From contig CAKPLZ010000004.1 in NCBI GenBank assembly GCA_934167835.1, forward strand, positions 141 through 64,140: DNA of 64,000 nt, written 5' to 3'. Shown one piece after another: positions 30,695-43,285 of this stretch (the first letter of the stretch is position 1; every line of letters starts with the position of its first letter). The position numbers and the translations under genes are program-made. The notes under the pieces were generated by a model. That model searched no databases, was not told the origin of the DNA, and saw nothing but the letters and a program-made list of their open reading frames with translations. The DNA is from an uncultured Clostridia bacterium. GTDB lineage: Bacteria > Bacillota > Clostridia > TANB77 > CAG-508.

Positions 30695-32902
30695 TTAGCT
30701 TCTTGTCATTTCCTGTAATCCCTGTAAATTGCCAGATATTTCTCCTCCTCTATTTTGTTGTGCATCTTCATATTGTTTTTGCGTCATATACTTTAGGTCT
30801 ATTGCTAGATCTTTTATACCCTCATCTGTCATACCGCTTATATAATCTATTGATAATTGTGTAGCCATTTTTTCTAGTATTGTTTTTCTTTCTTCTTGTA
30901 TTCTTTTTTGGATTATATCTTCAATTTTTTCTTTTCTTTTAATTTCTTCTTCCTTGTTTCTAGGTGTTGCAGCTAATTCAGGATTATTAAATAAAATATT
31001 TTCACGGATTCCTTTGATTTCTTTCTCGATTGTTTCTTCAAGTACTTCTGTCTTCTTAATTCCTTTTTCCTCACCATATTTATAATCTGGTGAAAGCGCT
31101 CTTTCTATTTTATTTCTTACCTGTGTTTCTAAAGCTTTACAAGTATAAACATAAGTTCTAGCAAATCTTGATGTTTGCCCTTGAACATTTTTCTCTATTT
31201 TTTTCACTATATCAAATCTAGATTTTTTATTTCTCATGTCTCTAGTGTAATGTTTTTTAATAGTAACAGCTCTTGCTATGTCTATTAGTTCTTTCTTATT
31301 TTCTTCTGGATTTTTATTATTTGTTCCTTTTTCTTCCATTTCCTTATCAGCATATTTCAAAAATTCTGCTGGTATTTTTTCTCTAACTGCGCTATTTTTA
31401 AGTTTTTGTTGTACCAAATCTGACTTTATAAGTTCTTCTGAGCAATAATTTACAATCTTTTCTACATTCTTTGGTAATAAATGTTTCTGGTATTCAGTTT
31501 TTGTGTTTGGAACATAATAAGTATATCCAAAATTTCTGGCTCTCTTATATAGATTTTTAGCTGCATCAGAAAGCATTGGTGCTCTAAATTCTTCTGAATG
31601 TTCTGATTGATTATAAGATTTTGTGTTTCTAATTAAATCATTTATAAAATATTCCTGAACAATGTTAGTAACATGGTTTACAACTCTTGTATTTACATAT
31701 AACATATTATTAACATAGTTTGAAATTTTGCATATATCACCTTTTATGGTTTCAACTTTTTCATCAGTTATTTCACCTTGAGATTGTATATATTTTTCCA
31801 AATGTTTTTGCATTATTTTGTTTATTTCATCTTCTATATCGTTTTTTTCTTCTTCATATTTTCGTTCATATTCTTCTCTTAAGCTTGCCATTTCTTCATG
31901 TTCTATATTTTGTTCTTCATCTTCACTGTATTTTGAAAGTCTGAAGGTATCAATATTTTTTTCTTTAATTTCATTAATTATATTTCTTGTAGTTTCTAAA
32001 ATATTTCTATTACTATCTGCAAAAACATCTTCTGTAACTTCTTCTAAATATTTTTCCTGTATTGATCCTAATTTTGTTTTTGCGATATTTATAGCCTCTT
32101 GTCTTTCTTCAGCATTATCAAGGTCTAAGTAGTCTTTTGATATAATAGCCCCAAATAATTCAAGGTATTTATCATTAAAAGTTTTTAGAATTCCAAGTCT
32201 AAAACCATCTCTTATATCACTGCTCAAATATGCTATAACATCAGCATATTTACCAAGCATTCCTTCTGGTGTTTGTGATGTGAATTTATAATCATTTTTT
32301 GTATTTGATCTTTCAAGTTTATCTTCAACAGCTTCTTTAATTGTATCATAATGTTCTGGTTCTTTGTTTTCTTCTCCTGGTTTTGCCTCTCCATCATGTG
32401 AAATAACTATATCTAGGAAATAATTAAAATCCATTTTTAGTTTTTTCTTTGTATCTGGTAAATTATCAATATTTGGAATCATGCTTAATGCTGTATTTAG
32501 AATATTTTCAGCCTGTATGATTTCAACACCTTTTGCATTATGGTGAAAATAGCCACAATTATTTATTTTACCTAATGATGTGAAAATTTCCTCACCATCA
32601 TGCGCACTAAAAGGATGTCCAACATCATGCATCATCATACCTACGTATGCAAGTTCTCCATTAAGCCCAATGCCTTCTGCTAATCTTTTAATAACAGATG
32701 CCGCATTTAATTCATGTACTAACCTATAAGTTAAATGAGAATCAAACTTATCCCACAAAGCTGCCATTGGCTTATCTCCTGACCTATTAACACTATTTGC
32801 ATTAATGATTGCAGATTTTAAAATGTCCATATATTCCTTTTTATCCCATGCAGTTTCGGTTCTTTTCATTGCACTAATTTTTGGTTTACTTTCTTGGTTC
32901 AT
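30695..32902 (-). CDS. HD-domain dGTPase-like protein, 735-aa paralog.
   Basis: MMHDVGHPFSAHDGEEIF motif. Large coiled-coil-like insertions. Lies in tandem with 28843..30651. Confidence 0.6.
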   Translation of the reverse strand: MNQESKPKISAMKRTETAWDKKEYMDILKSAIINANSVNRSGDKPMAALWDKFDSHLTYRLVHELNAASVIKRLAEGIGLNGELAYVGMMMHDVGHPFSAHDGEEIFTSLGKINNCGYFHHNAKGVEIIQAENILNTALSMIPNIDNLPDTKKKLKMDFNYFLDIVISHDGEAKPGEENKEPEHYDTIKEAVEDKLERSNTKNDYKFTSQTPEGMLGKYADVIAYLSSDIRDGFRLGILKTFNDKYLELFGAIISKDYLDLDNAEERQEAINIAKTKLGSIQEKYLEEVTEDVFADSNRNILETTRNIINEIKEKNIDTFRLSKYSEDEEQNIEHEEMASLREEYERKYEEEKNDIEDEINKIMQKHLEKYIQSQGEITDEKVETIKGDICKISNYVNNMLYVNTRVVNHVTNIVQEYFINDLIRNTKSYNQSEHSEEFRAPMLSDAAKNLYKRARNFGYTYYVPNTKTEYQKHLLPKNVEKIVNYCSEELIKSDLVQQKLKNSAVREKIPAEFLKYADKEMEEKGTNNKNPEENKKELIDIARAVTIKKHYTRDMRNKKSRFDIVKKIEKNVQGQTSRFARTYVYTCKALETQVRNKIERALSPDYKYGEEKGIKKTEVLEETIEKEIKGIRENILFNNPELAATPRNKEEEIKRKEKIEDIIQKRIQEERKTILEKMATQLSIDYISGMTDEGIKDLAIDLKYMTQKQYEDAQQNRGGEISGNLQGLQEMTRS

Positions 32903-33008
32903 ATACTAACTCTCCTTCAAACAAAATACTATATTAATTTTACCACACTTTTCCTAATTTGTGAAGTCAAAAAAGAGCAGAATTTTCATAAAATCCTACT
33001 CTTTTTAT

Positions 33009-34193
33009 TTATCCAAATATTCCTCTTTTCTTAATTGGTGGCTGTTCATTCATTGTTTGAGCAAGTTTTGTAAGTAAGTCTCTTTGTTCTGCTGTTAGTT
33101 TTTTTGGGATTTGTACATTTACAACGAAGACAAAATCTCCTTGATATGTACTATTTACCGCTTTAAATCCTTTGCCCTTTATTGTGAATTTTGTTCCACT
33201 TTGTGTACCTTCTGGGATTTGATAAGTTTCTTCTGTTCCATCTACCATTGGTATTTTTAAATTTGCACCTAAGGTTGCTTGAGTAAATGTTATTGGTACC
33301 TCACAAATTACAGTGTTTCCTTGTCTTTTAAAGATTCTATGATTTCTTACTGTGACTACAACATATAAATCTCCTTTTGGTCCACCTTTTGTGCCTGATT
33401 CGCCTTCTCCTTTTAATACTATAGTTTGGTCATTATCAATTCCTGCTGGTATTGATATTTTAATTTTTACTGTTTTACGAATTGTACCTTTTCCTTTACA
33501 ATCTGGGCACTTTTCTTCTATTTTGGTTCCTTCTCCACCACATTCTGGACAAGTTTTTGTTGTTTGCATTTGACCTAAAATTGTTGAAACAGTTTGAGTA
33601 ACCCTACCTGAGCCATGGCATGCTGCACATGTAGATGTTTTTGTTCCTGGTTTTGCCTTTGTTCCATGGCATGTTGGGCATTCTTCTTCACGCATAATGG
33701 TGATCTCTTTTTTTACGCCTGAATAAGCTTCCTCAAAAGTAACATCTAAATTATATTTTAAATCTCTACCCTTTTTAGGTCCTGATGATCTTTGTCTTGT
33801 TCTTGAGCCAAACCCAGAACCTCCGCCGAAAAAACTTGAGAAAATATCACCAATATCACCAAAATCGCTTTCGAAACCATCAAAGCCACTAAATCCATTA
33901 AAGCCAGAACCTGTATAAGAATAATAGCCACCACCTGGTCCTCCTGCACTTCCGCCAAAGCCTTGTGGTCCATCAGGGCCAAATTGATCATACATTCTTC
34001 TCTTTTGAGGATCAGACAAAGTCTCATACGCTTCAGAGACCTCTTTAAACTTCTCCTCAGCTTCTTTCTTATTATCCGGATTTGCATCAGGATGATACTT
34101 TTTAGCCAACTTCCTATAAGCCTTCTTCAAATCCTCTTCACTAACATTTTTATCAACACCTAAAACCTCATAATAATCTCTTTTATTTGCCAT
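33009..34193 (-). CDS. dnaJ: Chaperone DnaJ.
   Basis: J domain ([11 protein letters not shown]), G/F-rich region, four CxxCxGxG zinc-finger repeats. Confidence 0.95.
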   Translation of the reverse strand: MANKRDYYEVLGVDKNVSEEDLKKAYRKLAKKYHPDANPDNKKEAEEKFKEVSEAYETLSDPQKRRMYDQFGPDGPQGFGGSAGGPGGGYYSYTGSGFNGFSGFDGFESDFGDIGDIFSSFFGGGSGFGSRTRQRSSGPKKGRDLKYNLDVTFEEAYSGVKKEITIMREEECPTCHGTKAKPGTKTSTCAACHGSGRVTQTVSTILGQMQTTKTCPECGGEGTKIEEKCPDCKGKGTIRKTVKIKISIPAGIDNDQTIVLKGEGESGTKGGPKGDLYVVVTVRNHRIFKRQGNTVICEVPITFTQATLGANLKIPMVDGTEETYQIPEGTQSGTKFTIKGKGFKAVNSTYQGDFVFVVNVQIPKKLTAEQRDLLTKLAQTMNEQPPIKKRGIFG

Positions 34194-34310
34194 CTTAACT
34201 ACTTACTCCTTTTTTTGTAAATTATATCTATATTATCAAAAACAATACTACACATATAACTCACAAACCAGATTGGGCGGACTGCAAACCACCCGCCCAA
34301 TACCTAGAAT

Positions 34311-36176
<1,866 letters not shown>

Positions 36177-36218
36177 TCAACCTCCTTAAAATTTATATAT
36201 TTTAAAATTAATAACTAA

Positions 36219-36719
36219 TTAATTTGCTACAATTACCATTGAGTGACGTATAACTTTTGGTCCTATTTTGTAGCCTTTTCTAAATTCTTCCTTTATTATT
36301 TTTTCACCTAAAGACTCATCTTGTACACTGCTTACTGCTTCGTGTATTTCTGGGTCAAATGGTTTTCCAACTGCTTCTATTGTTTCTACTCCAAATTTTG
36401 TAAATATATCATGTATTTGTTTTACTACAAGTTCTATGCCTTGTTTCATATTTGCATCTTCGGTTTTGCTATCTACTGCCTTTTCTAGGTTGTCTAATAC
36501 TGGTAAAAAGCTTGAAATTATATCTGCAAGTATTGAATTATATAAGTTTTCTTTTTCCTTAGTATTCCTCTTTTTGTAATTTTCAAACTCTGCCATTACT
36601 CTTTTTAGTCTATCAACAGTTTCTTCAAGTTCTTGTTCTGTTTTTGTAAGTTCTGCGTTTTCATCTTGCTTAATTTCGTCTTTAACGTCCTGCTTGTTTT
36701 CTAAATTTTCTTCTGACAT
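36219..36719 (-). CDS. grpE: Nucleotide exchange factor GrpE.
   Basis: 166 aa, ...RLKRVMAEFENYKKR... Confidence 0.85.
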   Translation of the reverse strand: MSEENLENKQDVKDEIKQDENAELTKTEQELEETVDRLKRVMAEFENYKKRNTKEKENLYNSILADIISSFLPVLDNLEKAVDSKTEDANMKQGIELVVKQIHDIFTKFGVETIEAVGKPFDPEIHEAVSSVQDESLGEKIIKEEFRKGYKIGPKVIRHSMVIVAN

Positions 36720-36739
36720 TTTGTTATCATTCCTTTCTC

Positions 36740-37759
36740 TTATTCATCACTTTTAAATTTTTCATTCAACTTTTTGCTAATATATTTCATTACTGAAATT
36801 ACTTTTGAATAATCCATTCTTGTTGGCCCTATAATGCCTATTGTTCCTAAATCTTTATTTCCAACTGTGTGTTTAAATGTTACAATGCTTAAATCTTTAA
36901 GTGCATCTTGTTCATTTTCCTCACCAATGTAAACATTTATGTCTTTTGCTAAACCAGAATTTAATATTTCCATTACTTGCTCTTTGGTATCAAGAATACT
37001 TAAAAAGTTTCTTGCTGTATCAATTTTCCTAAACTCAGGAAAATCGAATACATTATTTGCACCTTCTAGGTATATTTTTTCTGATTGTTCAAGGGATTTA
37101 TTCATTTGTGCAATTATAGGTTTTATAACATCTACTTGGTCTTCCATTGATTCTAAGATGTATTCTTCCATAGGTTTATCTATTTTCGTAAGTGGTTTAC
37201 CTATCAATTTTCGTTTAAACAAGTAATTTAAGCTTTCAACTTGTGTTTCTGTTATGTCTTCATTATATTTGATAATAGTTTCTTTTATTGCTCCGTTTTC
37301 TGTTAAAACAACTGCCATTAATAATCTATTTCCAAGTGATACAAGTTTAACATCTGTTATTATATTGTTACTTGCTTCTGGCCCTATTGCAACTGTTGTA
37401 TAATGTGTTATTTCTGAAATTGTATCTGTTGCAATTTTGGTTAAATCTTCAATTTCATTTACTTTTGTTTCAAGCTTTGATTTTATAAACTGAATTTCAT
37501 CTAAGCTAATCTTTTCATCGTTTAAAAGTTCATCAACATAAAATCTATATCCTTTAGCTGATGGAACTCTACCTGATGATGTATGAGTTTTTTCAATATA
37601 GCCCAATCTTTCTAGTTCAGCCATATCATTTCTAATTGTTGCACTACTACAGCCTAAATTATAGTTTTCTACGATAGTTCCTGAACTTACTGGCTCAGCT
37701 GTATTTATATATTCTTCAATTATTGCTTGTAAAATTTGCCTTTGCCTTTGTTCTAACAT
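36740..37759 (-). CDS. hrcA: Heat-inducible transcription repressor HrcA. The start is taken at MLEQRQRQ, preceded by a GAGGTG RBS.
   Basis: MLEQRQRQILQAIIEEYI...SSGTIVENYNLGCSSATIRNDMAELE. The ORF track extends 18 codons upstream across the CIRCE element, which is unlikely to be translated. Confidence 0.85.
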   Translation of the reverse strand: MLEQRQRQILQAIIEEYINTAEPVSSGTIVENYNLGCSSATIRNDMAELERLGYIEKTHTSSGRVPSAKGYRFYVDELLNDEKISLDEIQFIKSKLETKVNEIEDLTKIATDTISEITHYTTVAIGPEASNNIITDVKLVSLGNRLLMAVVLTENGAIKETIIKYNEDITETQVESLNYLFKRKLIGKPLTKIDKPMEEYILESMEDQVDVIKPIIAQMNKSLEQSEKIYLEGANNVFDFPEFRKIDTARNFLSILDTKEQVMEILNSGLAKDINVYIGEENEQDALKDLSIVTFKHTVGNKDLGTIGIIGPTRMDYSKVISVMKYISKKLNEKFKSDE

Positions 37760-37776
37760 ATTACTCACCTCAAAAA

Positions 37777-37803
37777 TTAGCAGTCCTTTTCTTGGACTGC
37801 TAA
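37777..37803. promoter_or_regulatory. CIRCE operator (HrcA binding site).
   Basis: TTAGCAGTCC-ttttctt-GGACTGCTAA, compared with the consensus TTAGCACTC-N9-GAGTGCTAA. It sits just upstream of the hrcA start. Confidence 0.8.
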
Positions 37804-37862
37804 TATCATACACCTTATTTTAGCAAATGTCAATACATATTGCTAATTTTTTCAAAATTTTT

Positions 37863-38645
37863 TTAATCTTCTTGGAATTTATAAATATATGGCTTAATCT
37901 CTGGGAATAATTCCTTTACTAAAACTGTTTTTCCTTCTGCTGTTGTTAATTTTATATTTGGAAAAGTTTTAACCATTTTTTCATTGCTCCATACTTTATT
38001 TATTGTATTGGCAAGCTTTTCATTTTTATTGATTTGCATATATTGTTCTATTGCTTTATCCATATTTTTAACATTTATTTTGTTCTCCACTGCAGTTCTA
38101 TTTAGGAATAAATTTACTGCAATTCCAGATAATATTGCATCAACCATTAAGAAGATCATCGCTACACTTGTTATGGTTCTTAAGAGTTCTATTTTTACTT
38201 TCTTTTTTACCCAATCAATGAATTTATCAACCACGGGGTTTATCATTCTCATTAATATTAAACTTAGAATTCCCCAAAAGATCGAATACAGAAGGCATGT
38301 TCTTCCATTTATATTCAAAAATCGTTTTGAATAATCCCACCAACGCGCGTCAAAAAGTTTTTCTCCTAAAAAGCTCATTATGTACTCTATTGTAGATCCA
38401 ATTACTGCTCCTCCAAAGAAAAGTGTATAGTTGTTTTTGTTAAAAAATTTCAAAAGTAATATAAGTACAACTGCTCCTACTCCATATATTCCACAAAACG
38501 GACCATATAGGAAACTCTTTCTACTTTCCAACACATTGTAGTTTATTAATGCAAATAATGTTTCTATTACAAAACCAGCAAAACTGTATATTATAAAATA
38601 TGCCATAACTCTGTAAAAACTTGTCTTTTGATTTTTCTTTTCCAT
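37863..38645 (-). CDS. Hypothetical polytopic membrane protein.
   Basis: 260 aa with several TM segments and no recognisable motif. Confidence 0.45.
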   Translation of the reverse strand: MEKKNQKTSFYRVMAYFIIYSFAGFVIETLFALINYNVLESRKSFLYGPFCGIYGVGAVVLILLLKFFNKNNYTLFFGGAVIGSTIEYIMSFLGEKLFDARWWDYSKRFLNINGRTCLLYSIFWGILSLILMRMINPVVDKFIDWVKKKVKIELLRTITSVAMIFLMVDAILSGIAVNLFLNRTAVENKINVKNMDKAIEQYMQINKNEKLANTINKVWSNEKMVKTFPNIKLTTAEGKTVLVKELFPEIKPYIYKFQED

Positions 38646-38657
38646 TTACTACCCCTT

Positions 38658-39386
38658 TTATTTTACAACTGTACCTGTACTTTCTTCCTTAAATGTTGAT
38701 TTTACTACTATCTTAACTTTTTTCTCTTTAGCTAATTTAACACATTTATTGTGCAAAACTTTAGCTCCATTATTAGCCATTTCTAGCATTTTGTCATAAG
38801 ACAATTCTTCGAATTTGATTGCATCTTTATTTTTATTTGGGTCTTCTGAATATACCCCATCTACATCTGTAAAGATTTCGCATTTTTCCGCTTTTAAAGC
38901 TCCTGCTATTGCTATCGCAGTTGTATCAGAACCGCCTCTTCCTAATGTTGTTATATTTCCATTTTTATCAATTCCTTGAAATCCTGCGATTATAACAATT
39001 TTATCTTGCTTTAAAGCATTTTTGATTTTTCTTGTCCCAATTTTTACTATATTTGCATCTCCAAATACTGAATCTGTAACAATTGGTACTTGCCAAGCTA
39101 AATATGATACTGCATCATATCCCATTTTTTTCAAACATAAACTCAATTTTGCAATTGTGATTTGCTCTCCTACTGATACTAAAACATCATGTTCTCTCTT
39201 GTCTGGATTTAATGTAATTTCCTTTTCTTCTGCGATTAATTCATCTGTTGTGTCGCCTTGTGCTGAAACAACAACAATTACCTGTTTTCCTTTATTTTTT
39301 TCTTTCGTAATATGCCCACAGACATTAAATAGTTTTTCTGTATTTGCTACAGAACTTCCTCCAAATTTTTGTACAATTATTTCCAT
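38658..39386 (-). CDS. Aspartokinase-like amino-acid kinase, catalytic domain only (no ACT domains).
   Basis: VQKFGGSSV...GRGGSDTTA... amino-acid kinase fold. 242 aa, ending where ACT domains normally begin. The stop is genuine; no CGG is present. Confidence 0.6.
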   Translation of the reverse strand: MEIIVQKFGGSSVANTEKLFNVCGHITKEKNKGKQVIVVVSAQGDTTDELIAEEKEITLNPDKREHDVLVSVGEQITIAKLSLCLKKMGYDAVSYLAWQVPIVTDSVFGDANIVKIGTRKIKNALKQDKIVIIAGFQGIDKNGNITTLGRGGSDTTAIAIAGALKAEKCEIFTDVDGVYSEDPNKNKDAIKFEELSYDKMLEMANNGAKVLHNKCVKLAKEKKVKIVVKSTFKEESTGTVVK

Positions 39387-39563
39387 TATGGAACCTCTTT
39401 TTAAAATAAAAATACCAATAATATTTAAATCTAAACATTATTTCTTTTGATAGATATATTATATATCATAAATTATGTATTTGTGAATAGTTTTATTATA
39501 TTTTTTTATTTTATTTTGTTATGTAACGAAAAAAACACCCGAAGGTGTTTTTTTATTTATTAA

Positions 39564-39833
39564 TTATTCAGCTGTTTCAGCGTCAGGAGAGTTATATGCT
39601 TCTAATATAGCATTTTGAATTTTCTCCCTTGTTTCAGCATTGATTGGATGAGCTATATCTTTGAATTCTCCGTTTGGAGTTTTTCTGCTAGGCATAGCTA
39701 TAAATAATCCATTTTGACTTTCGATAACTTTGATATCGTGAATTACGAATTCATTATCGAATGTTACAGAAGCAACAGCTTTCATTCTGTTTTCTGAATT
39801 TACTTTTCTTAAACGTACGTCTGTTATTTGCAT
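39564..39833 (-). CDS. spoVG: Septation/sporulation protein SpoVG.
   Basis: [39 protein letters not shown]... Confidence 0.92.
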   Translation of the reverse strand: MQITDVRLRKVNSENRMKAVASVTFDNEFVIHDIKVIESQNGLFIAMPSRKTPNGEFKDIAHPINAETREKIQNAILEAYNSPDAETAE

Positions 39834-39942
39834 GTATGTGCACCGCCTTCCAAAGTTTTATTGTACATTATTGTTATGATGTACTAATATATTATTCTCC
39901 CTTTTTTGTTTTTTTCCTCTAATATTTTACATATTTTTTAAA

Positions 39943-40551
39943 TTATTTTTTACTTATACTAATTGTTTCTGCTCCTACTTCTAGTTCACGTGATACTATA
40001 TTTTGTATTTGAGCTATTTGTTCCGGTTCTAATTTTTCTGCTTTTACTATAACACTTACACTGTTTGTATTTGCGAAAATCACTATATTTTCAATTCCTT
40101 TTGCTTTTATTAAATTTTCAGCTATCATAAGACTATTTCGTTTTTCATTTATATTTGCAATTTCTTTTATTGCTTCATTTTTTTGTTCTTGGGTTGAATT
40201 CACATTATTATATATTTCTTGATATGTTTCAAGCATTTGTGAATAAATATTCTCTCTTTCTAATTTGGAATTTTCAAAGTATGTGTCCTCCTGAACTGTT
40301 TGAGTAGTCTCATTTTCTTTTGTCTCTTTATTTTCATCAATGTTTGTTTTTTCTTTCTCTTCTGCTATATTTTGTTTTGAACTTTCTTCTACCTTTTCAC
40401 TGTTTACTAAAGTTGCATCCCCAAGTTCTGCAACTTTTGAAGTTTCCATTGCTCCATTGTTATTTGTACTTGTAAAATTTAAATACCCAGCTGTTACTAA
40501 CATTAATGATATTACCAATATTATTAATTGGTTTTTCTTTAAAATTTTCAT
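39943..40551 (-). CDS. spoIIIAH: Stage III sporulation protein AH.
   Basis: N-terminal TM, acidic linker, C-terminal YscJ-like region. Last gene of the spoIIIA operon. Confidence 0.7.
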   Translation of the reverse strand: MKILKKNQLIILVISLMLVTAGYLNFTSTNNNGAMETSKVAELGDATLVNSEKVEESSKQNIAEEKEKTNIDENKETKENETTQTVQEDTYFENSKLERENIYSQMLETYQEIYNNVNSTQEQKNEAIKEIANINEKRNSLMIAENLIKAKGIENIVIFANTNSVSVIVKAEKLEPEQIAQIQNIVSRELEVGAETISISKK

Positions 40552-40573
40552 CTAAATTCTAATTCCTTTCTAT

Positions 40574-41186
40574 TATTTTGACATTTTAAAGACTTGAATT
40601 TTATGTGTTGCAAGTCCAGTAACTGCTGAAACTGCTTGAATTATTTCAGTTTTAGTTTTGGCATTTTCACCGCCCCTCTGCTATTATTATTGCTCCTTCT
40701 ATTTTAGGGCTAATTACTTGTTTAGTTATTGGCAAGTTACTTGAATCCATTATTATTTCTTTATTCTCGTCTATTGTTTCAATTTTTCGCGTTCCACCGG
40801 TTAGAATCGCTTTCTTCAGTTTTACTCGTGTTTTTCTTTTCATTTTGCATTGCAACTATTTCGCTTGTAGATGAATATGTAACTAGTACTTGTACTTTTC
40901 CAACACCTGATATTTTTGATAAAATGTCCTCTAATTTTTTCTCTAAATTATATGTATCAATTTCAGAATTATTACTATTTTTAACATCTCCTGCGAGTGT
41001 TTTGTATGTTTCTTCTTCTGTACTCTTATTTGGTTTTTTATCTTTCCCCCAAATTATATTAATTGATATTATAGTTATTACAAGCAATACTAAAAATGCA
41101 ACTAAATTTTCAATAGTCTTTTTATTATCTTTTCCTTTTTTCTTTGCAATTAAACTTTTAATTTTTTCATTCAACATAGTTCTCAC
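40574..41186 (-). CDS. spoIIIAG: Stage III sporulation protein AG, reconstituted across two CGG +1 sites (40802..40804 and 40670..40672).
   Basis: ...EESDSN-(CGG)-GGTRKIETIDENKEIIMDSSNLPITKQVISPKIEGAIIIAEG-(CGG)-GENAKTKTEIIQAVSAVTGLATHKIQVFKMSK. Each zero-frame continuation stops within 1-6 codons. Confidence 0.7.
40670..40672 (-). other. In-frame CGG +1 recoding site (spoIIIAG, site 2).
   Basis: gag ggg CGG tga, read as ggg c GGT GAA AAT GCC. Confidence 0.55.
40802..40804 (-). other. In-frame CGG +1 recoding site (spoIIIAG, site 1).
   Basis: tct aac CGG tgg aac, read as aac c GGT GGA ACG. Confidence 0.55.
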
Positions 41187-41770
41187 CTTTCATTTATCAT
41201 AACGATTTGAGCATTGTAAGTTTTATAAAGTAAATCTTTTAAGCTTTGTTTTTCGTTTTCTTGTATTTCTTCTGTATTGCTTATGTTTCTTGAAATTTTT
41301 ATTTCAACCTTATTTATCACATTTTTTTTAGTTTTATTTTTAGATATTTCTAAGTGTATTTCGTTAACATTTCCATAATTCTCATCAGTTTTGTCTATAA
41401 TAATTTCAATATTTGATACCTTATACCCATTTTCTTGAATAGTATTAATTATTTTATCTTTCATTGAATTTATGTATGTTGTTTCTATATATGAATTCGT
41501 GTCTATTGAATAACTATTAAAGTGACTCGTGTTTTCCATTTCAGCAAAACTTATTTTAACTTTTTGACCTGGTATCTTTGTAAAAAATGGTGAAATAATA
41601 ATAAATGCAATATATATTCCCATAACTGTTCGTATATATTTTTTGATATTCCCATTGGGCAATACCATTTCTACAATTGTTGATATAATAACTGCAATTA
41701 CTATTCCTTGAGCCCAATTACTAATCCACTGAATCAAGCTAAACCACCTACCTATACATAAGGCTTGCAT
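41183..41770 (-). CDS. spoIIIAF: Stage III sporulation protein AF.
   Basis: 195 aa, two N-terminal TM helices, operon position. Confidence 0.65.
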   Translation of the reverse strand: MQALCIGRWFSLIQWISNWAQGIVIAVIISTIVEMVLPNGNIKKYIRTVMGIYIAFIIISPFFTKIPGQKVKISFAEMENTSHFNSYSIDTNSYIETTYINSMKDKIINTIQENGYKVSNIEIIIDKTDENYGNVNEIHLEISKNKTKKNVINKVEIKISRNISNTEEIQENEKQSLKDLLYKTYNAQIVMINER

Positions 41771-42884
41771 TTGAAATTTTTAGAGTTAATGCAATACCTA
41801 CAATTAAAAGCACTGCCATAAAAAACATTATTCCAAGTAAAATTTTAAATATTCCTGCCATTTTTTCTATTACACTTACTATTTTTTTATCTGCTAAAGG
41901 CTCACTTATAGCACCAACTAGACTATATAGTGTGCTTAATACTGTTAGTTTTATAATTGGGATTATGCATATTCCAATTACAATTATTATTCCTACAAAT
42001 CCAATAGAATTTTTTATAAGTGAAGTGGCTCCAAGTACTGTATCTACCGAGTCTCCAAGAGCTTTTCCTACAACAGGTATAAATGTAGATGCTGCAGACT
42101 TTATTCCTTTAATGGTAATTCCGTCTACACTGCTGGTTAGTGTGCCTTCAAGAGATAATAGTCCCACAAATATCGTTATTACAAAGCCTAAAAACCATGT
42201 AACACTTGATTTGAAAAACTTTGCTAAATTTTCTATTTGAATTTTTTCCGAAAGATTTGAAGCAATGCTTAATACTAGGCTTATTGTAACTATTGGAATA
42301 ATTACCAAATTAATAGCATTTCCAACAAATATTATTGTAAAAAGCAATATAGGTTGCAATATTCCTCCTGATGCAACTTGTCCTGTTGCAGTGATTAATG
42401 CTATGAGTAGTGGAACTAATGTATTCATAAAGCCTACCAAATTTGTTGTAGTTTCTTTTACTGTTGCAATAATTGTTGCAAAATTTGCCATTATTATTGT
42501 TACTATTAAAATATACTCACAAAAATATGCAATTTGAGATGTACTTTCATTTCCTAGATTTTCTCCAATACTTTTTAAAATACTATGTATAACAATTATA
42601 ATTAAAATACTACCAATTGAAGTTATTGCCGTTAAAACTTCTGGACCTAAAATCTTTAATACTGCTTTATAGAAAATCTTATTATCCACTTTTCCTGTAA
42701 GACTTAAAGTAATTAATTCCTTAATATCTAATTCTGGAAGGGCTTCTTTTGTGTATTTTTCGCTTTCAGAGATAAAACTTCCCAAATTTAAGGCTTCCAA
42801 TTGATCATTTACAATTGCATTTGTTGCAAAACTTTGAATCGGTATACTTATTATCATTATTAACAGCAGTATAATTTTTTTCAT
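41748..42884 (-). CDS. spoIIIAE: Stage III sporulation protein AE.
   Basis: 378 aa polytopic membrane protein with a signal peptide, in the operon position. Confidence 0.75.
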   Translation of the reverse strand: MKKIILLLIMIISIPIQSFATNAIVNDQLEALNLGSFISESEKYTKEALPELDIKELITLSLTGKVDNKIFYKAVLKILGPEVLTAITSIGSILIIIVIHSILKSIGENLGNESTSQIAYFCEYILIVTIIMANFATIIATVKETTTNLVGFMNTLVPLLIALITATGQVASGGILQPILLFTIIFVGNAINLVIIPIVTISLVLSIASNLSEKIQIENLAKFFKSSVTWFLGFVITIFVGLLSLEGTLTSSVDGITIKGIKSAASTFIPVVGKALGDSVDTVLGATSLIKNSIGFVGIIIVIGICIIPIIKLTVLSTLYSLVGAISEPLADKKIVSVIEKMAGIFKILLGIMFFMAVLLIVGIALTLKISNASLMYR

Positions 42885-42889
42885 ATATT

Positions 42890-43276
42890 TTACGGCATTA
42901 TTTTAAGTATGAGTTCTAGAAGTGCTGAAATTATTGGGATTGACATACTAATAACAATAACCTTTCCTCCAAAATCTATTTTACTTGCAATAGCACTTTC
43001 ACCACTGTCTTTACATATACTAACGGCAAATTCGGTAAGTATCGCTATTCCAGTTATCTTTAATAGTATTGTAAGATATTCTGCATTAATTCCTGCTTTT
43101 TGACTAAGATTCGTAAGTAGCTTAACTATGCTTGTAATTTTACTTATACTCATAAAAATAATTACTGCACCAGCAAGAATTGAAACATACATACTGAATT
43201 CTGGCTTGTACTGTTTTAATATAACAATTATAATAAGCGATACAAAACCTACTCCTATAATTTTCACTATGTCCAT
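42890..43276 (-). CDS. spoIIIAD: Stage III sporulation protein AD.
   Basis: 128 aa, 4 TM. Confidence 0.75.
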   Translation of the reverse strand: MDIVKIIGVGFVSLIIIVILKQYKPEFSMYVSILAGAVIIFMSISKITSIVKLLTNLSQKAGINAEYLTILLKITGIAILTEFAVSICKDSGESAIASKIDFGGKVIVISMSIPIISALLELILKIMP

Positions 43277-43285
43277 TTATTTCTC

